A stretch of DNA of 64,000 nucleotides, taken from positions 52,785,068-52,849,067 of the forward strand of contig NC_068998.1 of assembly GCF_001194135.2 (NCBI RefSeq). The letters are read 5' to 3'. Below the pieces are notes generated by a model. That model had not been told where the DNA came from, ran no database searches, and worked only from the letters and a program-made list of their open reading frames with translations. This DNA is from Octopus bimaculoides (lineage: Eukaryota). The position numbers and the translations under genes are program-made. Shown here in pieces: positions 36,779 through 48,658 of the stretch (its first letter is position 1; every line of letters begins with the position of its first letter).

Positions 36779-37371
36779 CAAGTCCCAATAAGTAATAATG
36801 ACTCCGTAGCTCATGAATATTTATATTTGCCATTTTACTCGTTCCCATCGTACTCAATCGACTATCATCGACAAAATCACTCCCGTCGCTGAGATTTTGT
36901 GACTAATTAGGAAATTCAATGCAATTTAAACTTATGATTATTAAATCAAAAAATGAGAAATACGATAGAAAATGAAAAATGAACGTGTAAGCTCCATTTA
37001 TGCATGCAAAACTCAACTTTAAATGTAATATGCTTCCCAATTCGGATAACACGGTGTAACTAGAACACTGAAAACACAAAACGTTCATTAAAATCCTGTT
37101 TATCATCTTCAAAACTGAATAAATCTTCATTATTAGGAAGAGTGGAGGTGATATCATCTTGCGGATTCTCTTCATTATTCCTGTCCATAATTATAGGCTA
37201 TACGTAATCTACTGCTTCATCATCCGCCTCTTTGTTGTCATCATCATCATCATCATTATAATCAGAGTTATCATCCTTAGCTTGCTCGTCGTTGTTGTCG
37301 GCATCGTTATCACAGATATTCTTCTCCTTTACCATCTTATGCATTCCAAATTTCAACATTTCTTGAATGAC

Positions 37372-37411
<40 letters not shown>

Positions 37412-37420
37412 TAATAATAA

Positions 37421-37793
37421 TAAGAGCACTCAGGGAGCGCAAATTTCCGTCAAGGCAACACCCACGTCCTCTCAGCGATTAACCAGAGATGATTTTTAAA
37501 ATGAGAATATCTTAAATAAACTCGACTGCCCTCACAAACAAGAATACTAAAAATGACCCCGACCGCTCTCAAAAATTAAGTAAAAAAAAAAAAAAAACAG
37601 AAGAAATAATCCAGAATCCTTGTTCGGTACCGGATCGATCTCAAAATCTAATCAGTTCGTGCCAGTCATGAGGCCAAACATGACTGAAAGTTTCATTCGA
37701 ATTCATCCAGCGGTTCTTGAGATATCTTGTCCACGGGAAAACAAACAAGCACCACTGAAGCAATACTCTCGCCTTCGATAAAGTGGAGGTAAT
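37421..37793 (-). mobile_element. non-autonomous Helentron (HINE/DINE-1-like) element
   Basis: On the minus strand: 5' ATTACCTCCAC..AAGGCGAGAG (subTIR with palindrome), an internal (TTTG)-type repeat, and a 3' subTIR CCTTGACGGAAA followed by the hairpin GCGCTC-CCT-GAGTGC. Flanked on both sides by (AAT)n. Confidence 0.65.
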
Positions 37794-37915
37794 AATAATA
37801 ATCCTTTTAACTATAGGCACAAAGCCTTATATTTGCGGGAGTGCGACAATCGATTACATCCCCCCCAGTATATAACTGGTATTTAATTCACCAACTCTGA
37901 CATGATGAAAGTCAG
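37791..37915 (-). mobile_element. SINE family A, 3' part with (ATT)n tail
   Basis: AATAATAATCCTTTTAACTATAGGCACAAAGCC...CGATTACATC.CCCCAGTA..TAACTGGTATTTAATT; similar to 46250-46340. Confidence 0.6.
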
Positions 37916-38194
37916 CCAGTTTGCAGAAACTCCACGTGCCTTCGTAAAAAGTATATGCTTGTGTTTATTCTGTTTATACATCAAACCGTTTTTTTTAATG
38001 TATATAGACGTACATACATAGATACAGTTTTGCATTCTTGCCTAGTGAAATACACACACACAATTATATAAAGTTTCGGTTTTGACTAAGAAATGGATCA
38101 TTCAAATATAAAGAAAACAGAACATCGGAACCATTCACACAGAAAAGAGCTAAACCAAACAGAGCGTAGAATAATGTCAAATGTCTTTACTTAC

Positions 38195-38229
38195 CGGTAA
38201 AGTCCATGTAAGTGGAATGAATGTTTCAC
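38195..38229 (-). CDS. candidate small internal exon
   Basis: Acceptor TTCTGTATTTCTTCAAG and consensus donor CCG|GTAAGT; 35 nt, open as (G)ETFIPLTWTLP or VKHSFHLHGLY. Confidence 0.25.
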
Positions 38230-38586
38230 CTTGAAGAAATACAGAATAATAAAAAACAAGTCAATTAAAGGTGACGAAATGATAATTGAAGAATAAGAAT
38301 TGGTTTCGACGAAGATTCACTTAAATTGTTCAGCTTTTGAAGTAGTTTGAAAGCAGTCGCTCAAAATGACTGAAATAGCAACCAAATGTCTTCTAAATCG
38401 CATCACACGCTATTGTCTGACACATTCGATAATGTAGTTTTACGAATATTGTCGGGAATTAAAACAATGATATCATCATTGTTGGAACGTTTATGGCCCA
38501 AGAGAGATTAGCGCCAAAATCTACAATAATCCAATAATCGGCAAAACGATCAATCTAACACGGGAGCCAACTAAAAGAGCAGAAAT

Positions 38587-38607
38587 CATTATTATTATTA
38601 TTATTAA

Positions 38608-38703
<96 letters not shown>

Positions 38704-38714
38704 CAGCAGCAGTA
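38587..38714. repeat. compound microsatellite (ATT)n-(AGT)n-(AGC)n
   Basis: Directly visible. Confidence 0.95.
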
Positions 38715-38729
38715 GTTACAATAGCAGAA

Positions 38730-38916
38730 GTTGTTTAACCCAAGTCGACTCCGAGTGGATCTATAGTCGACGGTGTTCTACGCATGGCCACCCAGTCTTT
38801 TTGTCAAGCATTGTGCATCGGGTATGTCTAACCTCTATGTATCGTTCCACTTTTTTTTTTCTTAAACAAGTATGCGTGTGATTTGAGGAATATATGACTG
38901 TTCTTTCTAGGTGACT
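38730..38916 (+). mobile_element. dispersed repeat family E, longest copy (class unknown)
   Basis: The 5' GTTGTTTAACCCAAGTC...CATGGCCACCCAGTCTTT is related to 43090-43155, 44735-44810 and (reverse) 59172-59255. The 3' GTGTGATTTGAGGAA...TTTCTAG is related to 6271 and 7981. Confidence 0.5.
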
Positions 38917-39689
38917 GTATGGCAAATGAAAGCACCCCCATTTACCTCATTGCAATCATGTGCAGTGTTTGCATGATAAATATCAATTAAGAATGAGTTG
39001 GCCATTTTGCGGAAGAAGTTGATGCACCAACTTTAGAGTTGGGAACATTTTAAAGCACTTATAGTTATAAGGTCAGAATAGAAGTGGTGTCGGTCTGTTC
39101 TTCGTGTCAATCATAGTTTGAAAATCTAGAATTATCTACTTAGCAAGAATCAAATATTAATAGATTTATACTATCAGCTGATATTTCAAACGTACTTTTA
39201 AGACAATTTATACACCTTTAAACACTTTTAGCAGAGATGGCAATAAATGATTTAGCGATTATGATACATAATATATTGTTGAAGTACTTTGCGACGTCCA
39301 CAAATTAAGGTCAGCCTTTGGAATGAAAAAAACAAACATTAAAAACCAATTGAAAGTATTTTTTTTAAAGAGAACGACAACAGTTATTACCACAAATGAT
39401 TTTTAATACGAATCAGGCGTTGTATATATGACGACTACACACACAAAAAAGGTTTTCATTATCATATAATTAAAATAGCACCCGTAGGGTTTCTCTAGCA
39501 TCTATTTTGAAAAAAGGAAAATTAAATGTTAAGGATTAGTATTTTAATTTCATATTCAAGCATTTTAGAAACGCTAGACGAAAATCAAATAGGCTTTACA
39601 CAGAAATCATAATAACCAGACAATGTTCTCAGCTTCTGCCGTCAGATATGATCACACTGACTTGAGCTCTTTGTTCCCTAGGTATGTAT

Positions 39690-40020
39690 AGGTCACCGTC
39701 AATTTCCCACAGTTCTCGACTCTGAGCTGTCTTTTGTGTACCTCGCCAAATGGATCACTGCTTCTTGCAGCATCCTTTCGAATTTTGCTGCACTGCATCC
39801 TTAGTTTCCACGAGAGAAAGCCTTCCTCTCCAGGTCTCAATGGCTTTCAGTCAGTGGTCATTTTTGCTTCTGTATCTTGGCTTTTCCTGGACAGAGGTGT
39901 TGGCTCTTCTCAAAACCATTTTTACCTCCAGGGAGCGATGATCAGCCCGTTTTAGTTCGGCGTCTAGTGTTTAACATAGCCAGCGTGGGAAACCTTATCA
40001 GGAGCTTGCTCTCAGCAGGA
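39690..40020 (-). mobile_element. decayed L1/Tx1-like ORF2 fragment (end of endonuclease region)
   Basis: Minus frame ...ADHRSLEVKM...TWRGRLSLVETKD, then shifted FERMLQEAV. This resembles the SDH motif and the W.xN.SLL motif of L1/Tx1 ORF2; stops and frameshifts are present. Confidence 0.35.
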
Positions 40021-40971
40021 ATAGCTCTTAATTTCACTGAGGAGCACAAACCAACAGACCGCAACAGGGACTGGACCTTGTGACCAAAGCACTTTCTGTA
40101 TTAAGGCACTTACTCAAATGAAGTTCTTAAACACACGTCTTCAATTTCGAAGTAGAGTGTAAATGATTGTTGTGATATTGATGTCATTATTTAAGTTTAA
40201 GTGATGTATAATAGTTAAAGTGGGAGAAATACAGACTTCTATCGCTTGCAGCGAGATTCTGCCATATTATTCTCCTTCGCCTGAAGTAAAATTAAGACAT
40301 TTCTATAGCAAAATATCAAATGTGCATTATTTCGACAGGAAACGTAAAAACATAAGAAAACAGATGAGAAAACAAATAAGATAATTTATTATAATGTTAA
40401 AACATTTCACTTTATAGTTTGGCTGTAAAAACAGACAGACAAATAAATATCTTGTCTATATTTGTTTAGATTTCAGATATGTTGTCTCCACTTTCAAAGT
40501 GTCGACTTATTTGGCTCCATTTTATTTGTGAAGCATTAATTAAATATCTGTTAGGTATCCTTTTATTGTTCAGCCAGCAACAGCGAGTAATTGCTATGGC
40601 AAGCGATACAAAGCAAATTATAATTCCCAAACAGTCAATACTTTGCCAATATCTTTAGGAAGTCACATTCAACTTCAGACTTTGAAATCAATGAGAATAA
40701 AAGAAACTTTTGTTTTATATAATTCTTCAGAAGAATATTATTCTACACATTTTCATGCACAAATATATTCCCAAGAAGAAATATAAAATACTGTTTCAAT
40801 ATGTTATTTACTTTCCAGTTGAAAACGTGTACAGAACAATTAATAGGGTAGGAGACGGTAAGCCAAGAAATTGTGGGGCGTTCCATCTGTTACCAGAACA
40901 CATATTGGCTGACCCCGAGCCGATCAGTGCTTTGTTAGTGTAGTTGGTAGACGGTGACTGTAGAAGCTCGT

Positions 40972-41012
<41 letters not shown>

Positions 41013-41063
41013 NNNNNNNNNNTAAACGGTTGTCCTTATTAGTACTCAGAGTTTCGAATGTCG

Positions 41064-41137
41064 GAGCAAAGAGCTACAATACATCCTCGTCGGCATGCCA
41101 TTAAAAACCGATGAGGATGCATCGCAGCTCTTCGCTT
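41064..41137. other. 30-bp imperfect inverted repeat with a 14-nt loop
   Basis: Arms 41064-41093 and 41108-41137 give 24 of 30 Watson-Crick pairs, and all six differences are transitions. Confidence 0.8.
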
Positions 41138-41773
41138 CCTTAGAAAGAAACAAAAGTTACATAAACGTTAATGTCACTTCAAAAGCAACAAGACCTGGTA
41201 AAAGAATGCCTTTCCTCCCCAATACAGTTAAATCCCGAAAGCCACTGAGGTAGATTTGAAAAAGTAGGGAATCAGCTGAAGTGAAGCATAAAGGATAGTC
41301 TAGAGTCGAGAACAGTGCAGAAATGTTGCTGGCTTAACCTCTATAGGGAGTGAAGAGCTTAAGTAATTAGATAAGTAAATGTCTTTAGTGTACGAGATTT
41401 TAGAGGTTTTCCATTTTGCGAAAATATGCGCAAAAAAGGAACTAACCCGCAAATACCCGGCACATTTATCGGGACTTATTTGAGAATGAGCGCTCGTCAG
41501 ATACAGAGTGACATGCGAGGCTGCCATAGCACAAACTTTCCTCAGCTGCATTGAAGAATGCTTTAGATAAAGAAGCGTATTTATTCCTCTTCCACATATT
41601 TCTTCATGTAATGCTTCGATCAAAGAAACAAAATGGGCGTCCAAATCGTTTGGAAACGTACCGCATAATTTCATGTGGCATCCATCAAAAACTTTTTTTC
41701 CTCTCTCTTTGAAGATTTTATTTAATGTTTACTTTACTCTCTTTGATGTCTATCTATCACTAGGTTTGGGATG

Positions 41774-41819
<46 letters not shown>

Positions 41820-43365
41820 CATTAATATTCATGCGATTTCTTGCTTTTTTGCTCCGTTTTCTATTGCGGATTTTCAATAGAGGTATATCGTTTCTATTAA
41901 TAATACCAATTTATTATTTTGTTAAATATTTCTTTTCTTTTTTTTTTCTGTAATTTTTCCACTACAGCGTTTCTTTGTGTTTGAAAACAGATTTGCTGAA
42001 TGTCTTAATCTTTCTAGATGCGAATTTGCTTATCTTTCATCGAATCATACAAGATATCTTTTAAACTGGATTGTATATTCAATCTTGAAATCAGTCACTC
42101 TATTTTGATATTCGGAAGCTATTTCTTCAAGTTATAGATTTTCCTGATCGTTTTCTTCCAAAAACCTTATTGCTTCATGTTACGGAGATAACATTCATTT
42201 TTGCTTTTCCTTTCTATGCAATGTTCCAGACTCTGCTGCCTCATGGATTTTATATTTACCTTTTTCCGATTCCTTGACAATTTATATGAACTTTTCTTCG
42301 TTTATATAACACACTATTTCGTATGGATTCTTTCAGAAATTATCCCTGGCGTTTCTACCTAACATTTGCTTATAGAATTCAATATTATTACCTTGCTGTT
42401 TCACGTTTACAATTTTCTGTTTTACTTAAGAATATCGAAGTATAAATGTAACTAAAGTATGTTGTAACTCTCATGAGTAAGAAACTACAAGTCAGTTAAT
42501 TTCCTCATAACAATGAATTCAAGTCTGAGAGAGTATCAAGTCATCTTTTAATAATCCAGTCTTAAATGTTTTCATTATTTAAAAAAGTAATAAAATCTAT
42601 CTTTATTTAATATCATTTCAACAACAAAAATGGTGCGTGTGCGTGTCTGTGTGTATACATGTGTAAAAACGACGATGCAAATATTGGAAGGACAAAATAG
42701 AAAGATGCATGAGAATGTGTATATGCATGTTGGTGAGTTTTTGCGTCTTCAATTCTAGAAAATATAGAATCGACCAATGAAGAAATGCGAAATAAATTAC
42801 TGAGATTGCTTGATTCTAGAATCACATTAAAACAGGAAACTACATTCTCTACTTGCTAATAAATAGTAGTTGAGGTGGACTGCGACATTCTTCGATAAAC
42901 ACAGCTTCAACTCCGGCATCAAAAGCGTTGGACTAAATAAAGTGAAATATTTAGAAAGAAAATTGAACGGAGTGGAGTAGAAGGAATGTCGATATCTGTG
43001 CGTGTGTGTGTGTGTGTGGTGTGTGTGTATTTCTATATTTCTTGGTGTCAAGGTGTGCTAGCGCTCCCATTCTTCAAGTGAAACTCACTAGAAGTCTCAG
43101 GTCAACGTTGATCAAGTGGACATATGATCATTGAAATTCTAGCCATGACCATCTCATATATTAGGAGTGTCTAAGGTTACATTATCGAACGAGTCTTTTT
43201 TCTTTTATTGCAGGTGAGAAAGTGAAATTTAAAGTAAATTTGACTGCAATTTTTAGCAGGTCATATGGCGAGAGGGAAAACCCTTCTTGGCTCGTGTCTT
43301 TGAAATCATGTTCTGTGCATGTGTTTGTGCGCGCGCGTGCATGTGTGCGTGTNNNNNNNNNNTAT

Positions 43366-43403
<38 letters not shown>

Positions 43404-44314
43404 CGTGTGGGTGTATGTGTGTATTTCTCGGCATGTTTGTGCGTGTGTTTTTCTGGGTGTGTTTATGTTCGCATTTGTATATCTATGTCATTTTGTAATA
43501 TTTGAAATGCCGCGGTAAATAAAACACGAGAAAAATAAGAGAAAGTCCTGTGGTTATGATTGATCACATTATCCCGAAATAGCTATTGATTCATCGATTT
43601 TCTCCTGTCCTTTCAGTTGGCAGTGAATGAGGAATGATCGGATAAAGTGCAGGTAGGTGAGGAGGGAGATGCAACAACAAGAGGTGAATGAAGATGATAT
43701 GGTAGTAGAGGTGAAGTGAAAGGAAGGAAAGGAGAAAGAAAAGAAAAAACAAAAACAAAAACAAAAAAAAAAGAAAACAAACCCGAACGCCACAAGCGAC
43801 AAAGGTTTGTTTTCCTTAAATAACTCGCTCTATGTGTGCGGAGGAATTAGAAGTAGTTTTCAAAAAAGTTTCTTTGCCAATGTATATGTTGGAAAGAAGA
43901 AATATTAGAGAATGGTAAGGATTAATTTTACAACGACAACAATAACAACAACAATGACAAAACAAAAAGAGAAGAATCGATCTCAGTTGTCGTTATAATG
44001 ACTCTGTATGGCAGGAATGTTAATGTTACAAAATAGCAAACGGTTCCACTGTAGTTTGTTATTGATTGGAGATTCGGTTACATAATACTACTGGAGAGAC
44101 TCCAACGCAAAATTGTCCAACACAATAACTTAATATATATTTTCCGATTTATTTATTCGAGACACGCATGGAGTTAATAGTTTGAGATCTTGTCGGGTAG
44201 GATCAAAGGTAACCACAAAGTAGGGAGTTCGGCCCAATTGATTTTTCAAGAAGAGGGGAAAAAGTTAATTACAAATGCTCAATTGAAGAACGATAAGAGA
44301 CAATGTTGGTGTTG

Positions 44315-44500
44315 GTAAGATTTGAACTGAGAACGTATGGTGCCGAAAATAGGTACCGTTAAAGACTGTTTTCGTCTGGTGCTCTAACGATTTTGACAAA
44401 TCCTCCCCATTAGTATACTGGTTGCAAATTTCGGTCCAAGAACAGCAATTTCAGGGAGGCGGTAAGTCACCCAGTGCTTAACTGGTACTTACCGACCCCT
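44315..44500 (-). mobile_element. fragmented SINE family A pieces
   Basis: TTTGAACTGAGAACGTA...CTAACGATTTTGAC and CAAATTTCGGTCCAAG...ACTGGTACTTA.CGACCC. Confidence 0.5.
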
Positions 44501-44514
44501 GTGCCATATTTTTG

Positions 44515-44622
44515 CTTACTTATTTTATCGGTCTCTTTTGTAGAACCGCTCTCTTTCGGGGAGATAAACAAAGCAATACCAGTTGTCAAGCGGTGGATGA
44601 AGACAAAAGACACCCACACACA
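44515..44622 (-). mobile_element. SINE family B fragment
   Basis: TACTTATTTTATCGGTCTCTTTTGTAGAACCGCT...CCAGTTGTCAAGCGGTGG. Confidence 0.6.
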
Positions 44623-44859
44623 CATTTATTTAGTGGAATTTGAGTGAGATTTGCCTGGTATTTGTAGTAAATTAAGCGATCAGATAGAGTTGACTGCATT
44701 ATAGTCGAAGTGGGTCAAATTAAATTGATAGTCATTGTTGTTGTTCTTTAATTGAAGGTCAGTCACGATCAGGTAAACTCATGATTAAATGCATTCCAGG
44801 TAGATGAGGCTTAATGCATTCCTGAAACATTTCCACGTTTTCAGGTATTATCTATACAC

Positions 44860-45066
44860 CAGTGGCACCCAACCCTTGTTATGCTCTACACCTCTAAAAA
44901 CTTTTAACATGGTCTCACACCCCTTAAAGTAATAATTTATATTAGATTAAAGCATCCCGGGACAATTATTGTCTTTGACCCCCTATAAATCCAGCCCTGT
45001 TCGCACCCCCTGGAATGATATCTCGCTCCCCTTGGAGTTACGAGCACCCCTGGTTGGGAAACCCTG
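44860..45066. mobile_element. hAT (Charlie-like) MITE
   Basis: Imperfect TIRs CAGTGGCACCCAACC and GGTTGGGAAACCCTG, with repeated subterminal ACCCC motifs. An 8-bp TSD is not recognisable. Confidence 0.55.
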
Positions 45067-45472
45067 ATGTAGAACTACGTTAGTCAAACTACTTTTCCTT
45101 TTTTTTAATGATGATAGTGTATAATAGGAGTAAGATTAGGCTGCTATTTCTAGAAGGTTGAACGAGCGTGAGGATTCTCACCCCACTCTCTCCCTTTCGT
45201 TTACTTTGCGAAGGATTAATGACAACGATGTATATCATTCTCGTGTTATGGACCAAACCGTTAGGAAACCTCACAGAAGGAACTTCACATTGCAATTTCT
45301 GTTGTGTGATATATTGGCAGCAAAAAGGATAATTTAGAAGCGAATACAGCCGTTTTATTATATGTTATTATTTCTCATTAAAGCATCTCATAAATGTCAC
45401 CCCAAACACTAGTTTGAAATAAGATAGTAGAGAGTCAGTAAATTAAGTGTTTAACTATAAGTGGCTTTTTAC

Positions 45473-45533
<61 letters not shown>
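45473..45533. repeat. (GTA)n microsatellite
   Basis: Directly visible. Confidence 0.95.
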
Positions 45534-45754
45534 AACAAATTTAGTTGAAGCACAAACAAGCGAAAGAGGGCAAGAATATAGGATGTCAAAAATATGTGCC
45601 AAATATTCGTTGTAAATTAATCGACTCGAATTAATAGTCATTAGTAAAAATTAATGATTTCTGACATTGACAGAGGGTCTATGTTTGCTTAGAATTGACG
45701 TGGTGCAGACAATTAAATTCTTCGTTAAATATGACTGGTATTAAACATTATCCT

Positions 45755-45845
45755 TTATTTATTTCGGTCATTGGAATGGGGTCATGCAGGACCACCACCT
45801 TGAAGGGCTTAGTCAAACAACTCATCTTCTGTGCTTTTATTTAAT
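45755..45845 (-). mobile_element. SINE family B, 3' fragment
   Basis: ATTTCGGTCATTGGAATGGGGTCATGCAGGACCACCACCTTGAAGGG. Confidence 0.5.
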
Positions 45846-46249
45846 CCCTAAATAACAGATAATGGTTGCAAAACCCCAGGACATATACTTTCTTTTAAGG
45901 TTAGTTTTGATTTTGCATATTTTCACTCTAAATAAGTACAAAAACCATGATAATTGTTTCTCTCTTGCACAATTACGTTTACAATCTCATTATTGAGAAG
46001 TGTCATAAAATATTTCCTTCTTTCAATGATGGTTGTATCGATGTAAAATCTTTGAAGCATCAATTGATGATGCCTGCTGTTTCAAGTGCTAAAGTCTGGT
46101 ACTCTATTCAATCGGTCGTTTTGCCAAACCGCTACGTTACGCTGACGACGTAAGCAAAACAACACCACTAGTCAGGAGCAGGAGGTTGTGGTGGACAAAC
46201 GCAAACACGCTACGCATGCGCACACACAGACGCACACATACAGATATAT

Positions 46250-46463
46250 ACTTTTCTACTCTAGGTACAAGGCCCGAAATTTTGGGGGAGTGGGCCAGTC
46301 GATCAGGTCGACCCAGTACGCAACTGGTATTTAATTTAATCGACCTCAAAAGAATGAAAGGCAAGTCGACCTCGGCGGAATTTGAACTCAGAACGTAAAC
46401 ACAGAAAAAATACTACTAAGTATTTCGCCCGGCGTGCTAACGATTCTGCCAGATCGCCGCCTT
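46250..46463 (-). mobile_element. SINE family A, full-length
   Basis: Complete from the head AAGGCGGCGATCTGGCAGAATCGTTAGCACGCCGGGCGAAA to the tail GGCCTTGTACCTAGAGTAGAAAAG. Confidence 0.9.
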
Positions 46464-46491
46464 ACACAGACAACTATCTATAGACACACAA

Positions 46492-46549
<58 letters not shown>

Positions 46550-46551
46550 AA

Positions 46552-46733
46552 TGATGGGCCTCGAATAGTTTTGGTTTACTAAATTCAGTGGGAGGCATTA
46601 CTGCGTCGGCCTGGAGCTATAGTAAAAGAAAAGACAATTACGTAAGGTGATGCGCAGTAGAACTGAACCCAAAACCCCTGGCTGCAAGGCAAGCTTCTTA
46701 ACCATACATTCGTGTCTGTGCCTAAGCGGAGAA
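46552..46733 (-). mobile_element. SINE family B, 5' half
   Basis: GATGGGCC...GCTATAGTA...AAGGTGATGCGCAGTAGAACTGAACCC...GCAAGCTTCTTAACCA. Confidence 0.65.
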
Positions 46734-46842
46734 AATATGGAACGCTTTGCAAATTTGCATGACGTCTTTGCGCAGGTAACACAGAATGGTTAAACATGAA
46801 ACAAGCTGTATTAGTTTTAGTGCTAATTCTACCTTAACACAC

Positions 46843-46925
<83 letters not shown>

Positions 46926-47009
46926 CCCACACACACACACACACCCACACACCCACACCCACACACACAAGCGTGAATGTATGCATGTATGTAAAATACG
47001 GTCTTTAAG

Positions 47010-47310
47010 AAAATTATGATCAAATAGAAGACGCGGGTATGTGAAACATATTGAACATAAAACAAACGAAGCAGTATTGAGAAGCTGTAATAACTTCGAA
47101 AAATTATATTGGACGCTGTCAAAGAGAGGAAAGTGAAATATTTTGGAAAATTAATTGGACGCTGCATGTTTCGCAGAGTCTGTTCATAAAAGTGGAAAGC
47201 AATGGCGAGAAAGAAGAAGAGAAATTAAAGAATCGCGGAGAAGCATAATATAAAGAAAATACATGGAATGTATAAGAACGGTAGAAGAAAGTGGCAGATT
47301 ATCTCGTGTG
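47010..47310 (+). mobile_element. RTE-clade LINE ORF2 C-terminal remnant
   Basis: Reads EHKTNEAVLR and, after a frameshift, ILDAVKERKVKYFG. This matches the RTE motifs ...TNEEVL... and ...R.L..FGH. Confidence 0.6.
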
Positions 47311-48224
47311 GGGAAAATAATATCGAAACGAAAAAGACTCTACTAAAAATAAGATATTTGAGTGAAGCAGTTCAGTATTAGTTAGGTTAATGATTGCGAC
47401 ACAAGTAAAATATACAGCATCAGAATTTGAACCACGATTGTACGCCCTGGGATTTAAACGTAATTAAATGAAACTAACTGCAATAAAATCTTCAGTGAAG
47501 GAACTCAACTATCTCTGTTAATATTTCTCTTAATATCTCCACAACCAAGCATAAACAATTAAAGTTATTAAGCATCCTATTTCATAAAACAATAACTTAT
47601 TAAACTGATTAACGGATGTTAGGGAAAGCTGTTTATATTCTACCTATCCTCAACGGATACCAACACAGGAAACTGTAATTGTTTATTTATTTATCTATCA
47701 ACAGTATTTATTGAATAATTGAATTTCCCAACAGATTAGATATATCTGCGAGACAATAATTGATAAAGACGATATTTCGTAAACGGTTAATGACCATTAA
47801 TGACTAGTTTAAAGCTACATCAGATAATCACTGTAACCAGTTTAACGATTTTAGATTAGACGAATTGAATGTTTGGTGATTTTGTCGTAACTGAATTTAG
47901 TAGCAATCTAGTATGATATAATTGTTACAGTGTTTTGCATATTAAAGGTACAATGTACAACGAAGAAGAGAACAGCTGCTCACTTTACCGATTCACTTAA
48001 CAGAGACACAGGAAATAACCGAGATTAATGATATTAAAATATCTCTGAAGATTTGAAGGGTCCACAATGGTTTTGAGCGAGACCAGATGAATACCCGCTG
48101 TTGGAGAGGACAGCCAGTCGATCTTATATAATTCATGAATAATTATGCAATTGCTTTAACAGCGACACGGTGTAGGTAGGTCTTTAGGGAGTAACTCTGC
48201 TTATTTCAATGGCCAGGATTACTT

Positions 48225-48380
48225 TACAAAAAGCAGCTCGCTTTGCAATCACGCAGTTTCAAGTTCAGTTTCATTGCACAGTATCTTGAGCAAGTGTCTT
48301 ATACTATAGCATCGATCCAATCAATGGCCTATGAGTGAATTGGGTAGACGAAAACTGTGGAAGTCCGTCGTGTATATATG
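48225..48380 (+). mobile_element. SINE family B, 5' half
   Basis: CAAGTTCAGTTTCATTGC...CTTGAGCAAGTGTCTTATACTATAGC...GGTAGACGAAAACTG...CCGTCGTGTATA. Confidence 0.6.
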
Positions 48381-48617
48381 AAGTAAATGTATACGTACAG
48401 GTAAGGCAGAATTTTCCCATATTCACCGCCTGGAAGCATTTCTGCTCGCTGAACATTCAGCGAAGCTCTACATAGCACCGATTACTTATAGGCTGCTATT
48501 TCTAACAAAGAATGTACTTCGTGTACATTCACTTCATAATTATAATTCTACCTCTTATGGTGCTTTATTCTCGCTGGATAGTAGTATTAGTTTTAATAAT
48601 ATTTACATCCCTTGTAT

Positions 48618-48658
<41 letters not shown>

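Noticed and set aside
38195-38229. HSFHLHG resembling the multicopper oxidase HPFHLHG motif
   Set aside because: It is a seven-residue match in a 35-nt candidate exon, with no other copper-binding motifs or compatible exons found.
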